NCBI GenBank assembly: GCA_950097015.1
Contig: CATNEN010000007.1
Coordinates: forward strand, 13,206,001-13,270,000
Direction of reading: 5' to 3'
DNA: 64,000 bases
From: Macrostomum hystrix
Taxonomy: Eukaryota; Animalia; Platyhelminthes
Shown: in pieces, positions 57,965 to 64,000 of the stretch
How positions within the stretch are numbered: position 1 is the stretch's first letter
Layout: the number at the start of each line of letters is the position of its first letter
Translations under genes and position numbers: made by a program
Notes under the pieces: model-generated
Told to the model about the DNA's origin: nothing
Seen by the model: only the letters and a program-made list of their open reading frames with translations
The model's database searches: none

Positions 57965-60900
57965 ATGAAGCGATTCGTAGGCAGTGGGCAACAGTTGCCA
58001 CAAGACATCATTGACAATCCTTCACTACAAGCAGCTCTGGAGGTCCTGCCTAGCAACTACAACTTCGAGCTGCATAAAACTGCTTGGCGCATCCGACAGT
58101 GCAAGGCTAGCCGTGTAGCTCTTCAGTTTCCTGAGGGACTGCAGATGTTTGCGTGCACTATTGCAGAGGCACTCCGCAGCGCCTGTGGCGTTGATTGTGT
58201 CCTGCTTGGCGATGTTGCTTATGGTGCCTGTTGCGTTGATGACTTCACTGCACTGCTGCTGGGCTGTCAGCTTTTGGTGCACTATGGACATAGCTGCCTT
58301 GTCCCAATTGATCAGACTGCCGGTATCAAGATGCTCTATGTATTTGTAGACATCGCATTTGACACACAGCACCTGATTGACAGCGTTCGGGCCAATCTGC
58401 CTTGCCGAACTCGTCTAGCCCTCTTGGGCACCGTGCAGTTTGTTGCTAGCTTGCAGAGTTTGCGTCAGCAGCTGGAGGATTCAGGTTTCTGTGCCATTGT
58501 ACCGCAGTGCAAGCCTCTGTCCCCTGGTGAAGTTCTCGGCTGCACTGCTCCTCGCTTGCAGGTACGCTCTTACTTTCGATGAGCAAAGATAGGCTAACTG
58601 TTTCGAATTTCTATTTAAAGCATAGTTAATTTGCATTTCAAACTATTTGGTAATACATTTCTCACATTTCACCTCTTACGTTTTTGCACGCTTACTATGT
58701 TTTTACGACACCGGTCAAGACTTTTATTGAGATAGACATTGCCAAAGGATGTCCCCATTTGTCTCAAATTATATAGTAGTAAATAATACTTTTATAAAAG
58801 TTTGTTATAATTGTTAAATTAACAAAAGTATTGTTGACAAACAATAATAATCAACAGCGTTCCAGTGAAATAGAACAAAAGGCGGAACAATTGTTTGACA
58901 GATGTCTAGTTATTATCGAGTATTTATAGCTGCGTCTGCCTAGGTGTTTCAGGTCAGTTGTTAGTGCAGTCATTTTAGTATATAAGCCTCTATGGACTCC
59001 CTCCCGGTCGCTTTATATTAACATTGTGTAGTGCACTTTTGTACATTCTACACTTAAGTATTGAGTAGCAACCACCTGAACCTTTCGTCATTTATCTTAA
59101 TTTTTTACTGATTAGCTATCTAATCGAGTCGCTGCTCTCCCCATGCTCTTCTTCCCCAGACTTGGCTTCGAATTGACTGGACCCGCTTTACATTGCTGCC
59201 AGAGTTGCTCGCACACAACATTATTTTTATTTTCATTGTTAATCAGCTTAGAAGTATATTTCATGTATTTCCACCCATTTTTCACAGGGCACAGCAGACG
59301 CTATCTTGTTTATCGGCGATGGCCGTTTTCACCTAGAATCGGCTATGCTCGCTAATCCGCACCTGCCTGCCTACCAATACAACCCCTACGATAAGCGACT
59401 CACCAGTGAGCGCTTTGCTCATGACGAGGTTCTGCGAATTCGCCGGGTTGCCATTGAAACTGCCAGGTGCGCGCGAACTTTCGGTCTCATTCAAGGCAGT
59501 CTGGGCAGGCAAGGCTCGGTTAGGGTCGTGCAGCGGCTTGAGGCTCGCCTGGCCGCAGCTGGCAAGAACTACATAACATTACTAATGTCAGAGATATTCC
59601 CTGCAAAGTTAGCGCTCTTTCCGGATGTTGATGCCTGGGTTCAGGTATGTGGCTCTTGTGTTTTCCAAAGTGCTTAAAAGTGTGATCATTAAATGCAGTT
59701 TCTCCTCATTTTCCCTTGTACGAGCATACCCTGCTTTAATTAGGCTGGCAGGTTTAAGGAATTTTATATAGGCTTCTCTATACTTGTTACTATAATGTTG
59801 CTTGATATTTAGCGAAGCAATCGGATGCTCTACTAATATGAACTTAAGTCCTTGAAGGAACAGACAGTGTCTGCGTTCATCTGGAGCATAAAAGCTTCCG
59901 TACCTGCCTCTAGAACGTAAAGGACTTCGCCTGCCTTCAGCCACGCAAAAGCCATCTGCCAAAATAGAGTCTGACAGTCAGCTTTCATACCATCAAGAAG
60001 TTCAACTTCGAGCTCTGCTACTGGCCAGAGCAAGAGAATGAGTGCCCAACATTCTTAGCCAGACTTGTAAGGCAGCTAGCTAACATTTCAGGACGTATTT
60101 CGTTGTAGAGCGATTCCGCGACAGCCCTTTGCTGGATCTCTTTAGGGCAATTAGTGACAGTTTTGATCACGCCTTTCGCAGAGTCGATGGTTACCTCACC
60201 TGTCATGCAGTGCAGTGATCTACGAGTAAAAATCGAGAGCTGACCGAGCCCTGCTGCTGATCAGGGGCATGCAGCATCACGTCCAGAGCTGGGCCGCCAG
60301 CTGAGCCACCTGCCTTCGGCGACATGCTATTGACAGAGGTCTTCATCAGCAATTGCAGACGCCTGGGAGCAGCTTCAAGACGGGGACGATGGCCATAAAC
60401 ATGCCGAGGCTAAACTCGGCTAATCAGTATTTAGCCTCTTCAGTAGAAGCGTTTGCTAGACAGATATGACGGCCTGACTCTTATCGTCCTGTTTAAACAA
60501 TAAAGTTACTGTTTACTGTTAAATTTTTGCCAGTTATTTTAGTTTGTTTGTCGTCCCTCCAACAAAATTTCTTTCGAGTTATGCTGTATTGTTATTCCCA
60601 TTAGACGTTACAGTAGCGAGAAACTAACAATTTTTATCTGATCTGGTAAAAAATATATAATTTATTAAATCTGCCCCGATTGAACCAGATATGCAGCAAT
60701 TGCGCGGCGCATCTGAAATCGGCGTACAGCTCATTAGTCCATGGACTGGGGAATGCAGCGCACCCACCCTCAATTACCCCCAGCTGATGCTGGTACCCAT
60801 TTATCAGAGCCTGGTGCTTATCAGATTACGGGTGATTTATCAGCTGGGTGAACTGAAGAAATGCAAAGTTGTGTCTTGCTAACGGACAAATTGTTCCAGT

Positions 60901-61373
60901 GAACTCGGGTTGATTTGAGCCTTATCTACCTAATAGCATTCAAGCAGAACTAAGTGTTACCTAATTAAAATTAAGCTTTTAGGACTGAGCCCATACCTTA
61001 TCTACGAGCTTGTGTTTATCAACCCATCTGACAGGTGGCTTGTCCCCGACTGTCCGTGGACTGGGGTGCCGAGTTCCCTAAGCCACTACTGACGCCATAC
61101 GAGCTGTGCGCACTGCTAGGCGTGGCGCCCGCACCCGACACCGCATATCCCACAGACTTCTACGCATACGATAGCCTTGGTGACTGGACCCCGAACCACG
61201 GCGGCAACCGCAGCACCAGAGGCGGTCAGACTGCAGCTAAATCGGCGATTTCTGTCCAACCCGCTGCCAGCCAGTTGCAGGCTGGTAGCTGCGGCTGCCA
61301 CGGCCTCTCTGGATGTCCCAATGCGACCTGCTGTTCTGCTGGAGAGCCAATCATTGTTGGCGACCTCCAGTAG
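57965..61373 (+). CDS. DPH1: 2-(3-amino-3-carboxypropyl)histidine synthase subunit 1 (diphthamide biosynthesis); exons 57965-58561, 59288-59644, 61035-61373
   Basis: [97 protein letters not shown]. The three Fe-S cysteine motifs are intact; both introns are phase-0 GT-AG. Confidence 0.96.
60655..60930 (-). mobile_element. Diverged second copy of the SINE at 52586, in DPH1 intron 2
   Basis: TTGCGCGGCGCATCTGAA, GTGTCTTGCTAA..GACAAATTGTT and CTGCCCC.AT are reverse complements of blocks in 52586-52910. Confidence 0.78.
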
Positions 61374-64000
61374 TTGTTGCTTTAGCAATTTACGGAATGA
61401 GGGACTGACAACCTTTAGTTGACTGTAAAGGCAGATGCCAATAATCAATCGTCATAAAATATCTAATGTCAGACCAGCTTTTCCCTAATAGTGCAGCATA
61501 AGTGCCTATGCTCCCACGCATATGGGGCTTGTGTGCAACATTGTGCTTTTCGTGCGCCCTCTGATTCAAGAATAGACATAGGTAGCTACCACTGTGCCTG
61601 CACTTTGGATCAAGTTATTCTTATCTTAATTTTATTACCAAGACTGGTCTCCTATGTACTTCCTGACATTCTATACATAGATTTGACTCGGTCAGAGTGG
61701 TTTGACAATTTAGGATTCGTATATCGATTTTGAGTGCTTAATTGGTCTAGGCACGGGTGCGTAAAAGCGACTTCGATTCGTGACCGACTCAGACTGGATT
61801 GAAGTGGCGCGCTTTGTCACGGGATCCGTAAAGAATGTTGGGAAGGAACTCAACAGGAACTCGAGCGATACTGTCAAGCAAGCTATTATGAGTGTCTTGG
61901 CCGACGAAATCCACTGTTCTGTGGAAGCTATGAAGCTCTACTTGGCGAAGCGACAAAAACCCATTCCGTCTAGCAGTTCAGGCTCTGTGCGTTAACTGCA
62001 CGCTAAAATGGTGCAAAAACATGGGCTAGCGTGATACAATGAAGTAGGATGTACATCAGGTTCTACGGTCTTGACGGATCCATGAAGATCCTGACGGTCC
62101 TGAATTTTCTAATTCTGTCTACTTTGAAGAGCAGTGTAAACTTGTAGTGAGATAAAATGCATTAAATTGAAAGTCATGGTCCTTTTGACCACTCTCCTTT
62201 GCCGTAACGTTATAAAAATTGCAATTTTTGGCTTGTACTTAAAATTTTGGATTGATGCCTCTTGAGGTGCTCTGTTCGGCAACCTGGCTTTGAATTTTGT
62301 TAGGCGTGATCAGCACCAGCCAAATTTTTTATTTGAGCGGAACTTGCTCTTTGGTGGTAGCCGCATCATATATCGTGAGCATGCATGTAAGCTGTACACG
62401 CGCTCTAAATATGAAAATATCTGTAAAATGCTACACATCAACTTATCGCCACAAAAGTTTTCCAATAAAGTCGCCTGCGTATTCGGTTGCAAATCGTATG
62501 CTGAGTGGTAAATAACTTGAAATCAGCATTCTTAAGGTTGGACAATATTAAGGAAAGGAATTTGCATCAATAACAATTACTATGATCTTATTGTGTACGA
62601 CTGGCTAGAAGTACAATTATATAAAGCAGCAAAGAGTTTGCTAAAAGCGAGCGCAGAGCCGCAGACTAATATTGTTCGGATTCCAAGAACTGAGGGGTGA
62701 GCTTGAAAATGCGGATGCCAGATGGCATTGGTATGGGCAGCTTGCTTATTCCTCTTTATCATCCAAGAACGTTGGAAGAACGAAAGGTGGCGCGGTGCGG
62801 TGACCGTTCGATGGCTAATATCGGCCATTAGGATTACAATGGTTATTCCTATTGTTAATTCTATATATGATCACACCGTGTCCAGCCCTCCATGTCAACT
62901 GGCGGCCGGGTCAAACCGTGTCCATTTCTCCCTGGTAGCTGCGCCTATCAGAGCTTACAGAGCGGGTGCCAGAAGGACCCAGTTGGAGTCGCCTCCTAGA
63001 GCCGCCCTGGTATGCTGACACTCTGGTCATGGAGCTACTGCGGTTTTGCTGCTGCTGTAAGACTCCGGCTTGGTTTGGGGCTGATACCGGTCTGCTGCGG
63101 TGGCTTAGCAAAAGTGCTGCAGTTCCGTCCCTGCCTTCTGCAACAGATAAATAAATTGTTGTACACACTGAGGCTCCATAAAATGTCATCTGTCTGAGCC
63201 ACAAGAGCTGCACCTAATTATGTTAATGCGAGTAGCAGTGGAAAGACCACGTATTTCAAATACTGACATTTTTATCGTCTAAAATATTCTACCAATCGCC
63301 ATGAAAATGCATAGCAATGGCAAAATTTTCCGCTCTATCCGATTAAACAACTTCCAGAATCACAAAACACATCGGCAACGTCGAGATATTCCACGATTGT
63401 CGCCGGGGTGTCAGGTGGCAATAATCACCTATATTTTCAATCTTTTTCTGCTCACAACATATCATTATGGAGTCGGCTCCACAATGTCAATCAGTCACAG
63501 GGACCTTTGTTCTCAGTATCCCTGCAGTGACCAGAGTTGCCTTCCTCACCGTCTGCAAGCATCGGCGGCAACCGTCGGGACCTTCAACAAAAGCACCCGA
63601 TTGAAATCTTAAAAGACGGCTGCTTTTGATCAAGTTTCCCAATGGGGGATAGCGTGGACTTTCTTCTGTTAAGAGTAAGTATTACGAGTTACTTACTAGA
63701 AAGCAACTGTATACTCTTTTAGCATCCAAACTCGTATAATTAAAACACAGCGAGAAAGCAAGGATATTGAGCGAGAAACCAAAGCAAACCAGCTTCCTTA
63801 ACATGAAGTTTAGTAAATAAGCTACGCTCAAAAGCCACGTACTTCAGGCACATTCGCCTCGCCAGATTCAACATAAACATTATCCTGCGTATTAAAAAAA
63901 ACACGAGGTCTGCTGGCTAGAAGCTTGTTGGCGGGTCGCTTGCGCAAAAAAGCGAGGCGAAGCGAGAAGCGAGAACGGACCTCTTTTAACCCCATGCTGG

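Noticed and set aside
61750-63620. Possible exons (61780-61995 plus; 62911-63140 minus) of further genes
   Set aside because: No homology recognised and no phase-consistent model; a neighbouring gene may extend beyond the window.

Overview
This is eukaryotic (animal) genomic DNA with spliceosomal introns, not a prokaryotic locus. The density of intronic minisatellites resembles the flatworm Macrostomum, but that assignment is inference only. Three host genes lie on the + strand. The first is a glycogen-targeting PP1 regulatory subunit (PPP1R3 family, RVxF + CBM21; ~11.9-13.6 kb). The second is VWA8, with 17 exons reconstructed by hand at 29751-50582 (~1860 codons) and its 5' exons probably ~13 kb upstream. 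The third is DPH1 (3 exons, 57965-61373). The rest is mobile DNA and repeats: a frameshifted Gypsy gag-pol with one LTR, two non-autonomous hAT elements with 8-bp TSDs, an RTE-type LINE fragment, an 8.26-kb CCC...GGG CACTA/EnSpm-type transposon (2-bp TSD) carrying a transposase, a BEN-domain-like gene and an orphan ORF, a duplicated solo LTR, two copies of a tRNA-derived SINE, several long DNA hairpins and many minisatellites. The most unusual observations are: (i) VWA8 introns filled with unrelated, mostly C-rich minisatellites built from splice-site-like sequence, two of which supply the real acceptor with their last unit; (ii) a 75/76-bp 3' array that repeats the VWA8 C-terminus as stop-start mini-ORFs; (iii) the CACTA cargo genes; (iv) a possible ATG-less VWA8 first exon that would be completed by a spliced-leader AUG; (v) CpG-depleted 5' domains. 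All gene models were read by eye and need transcript confirmation.
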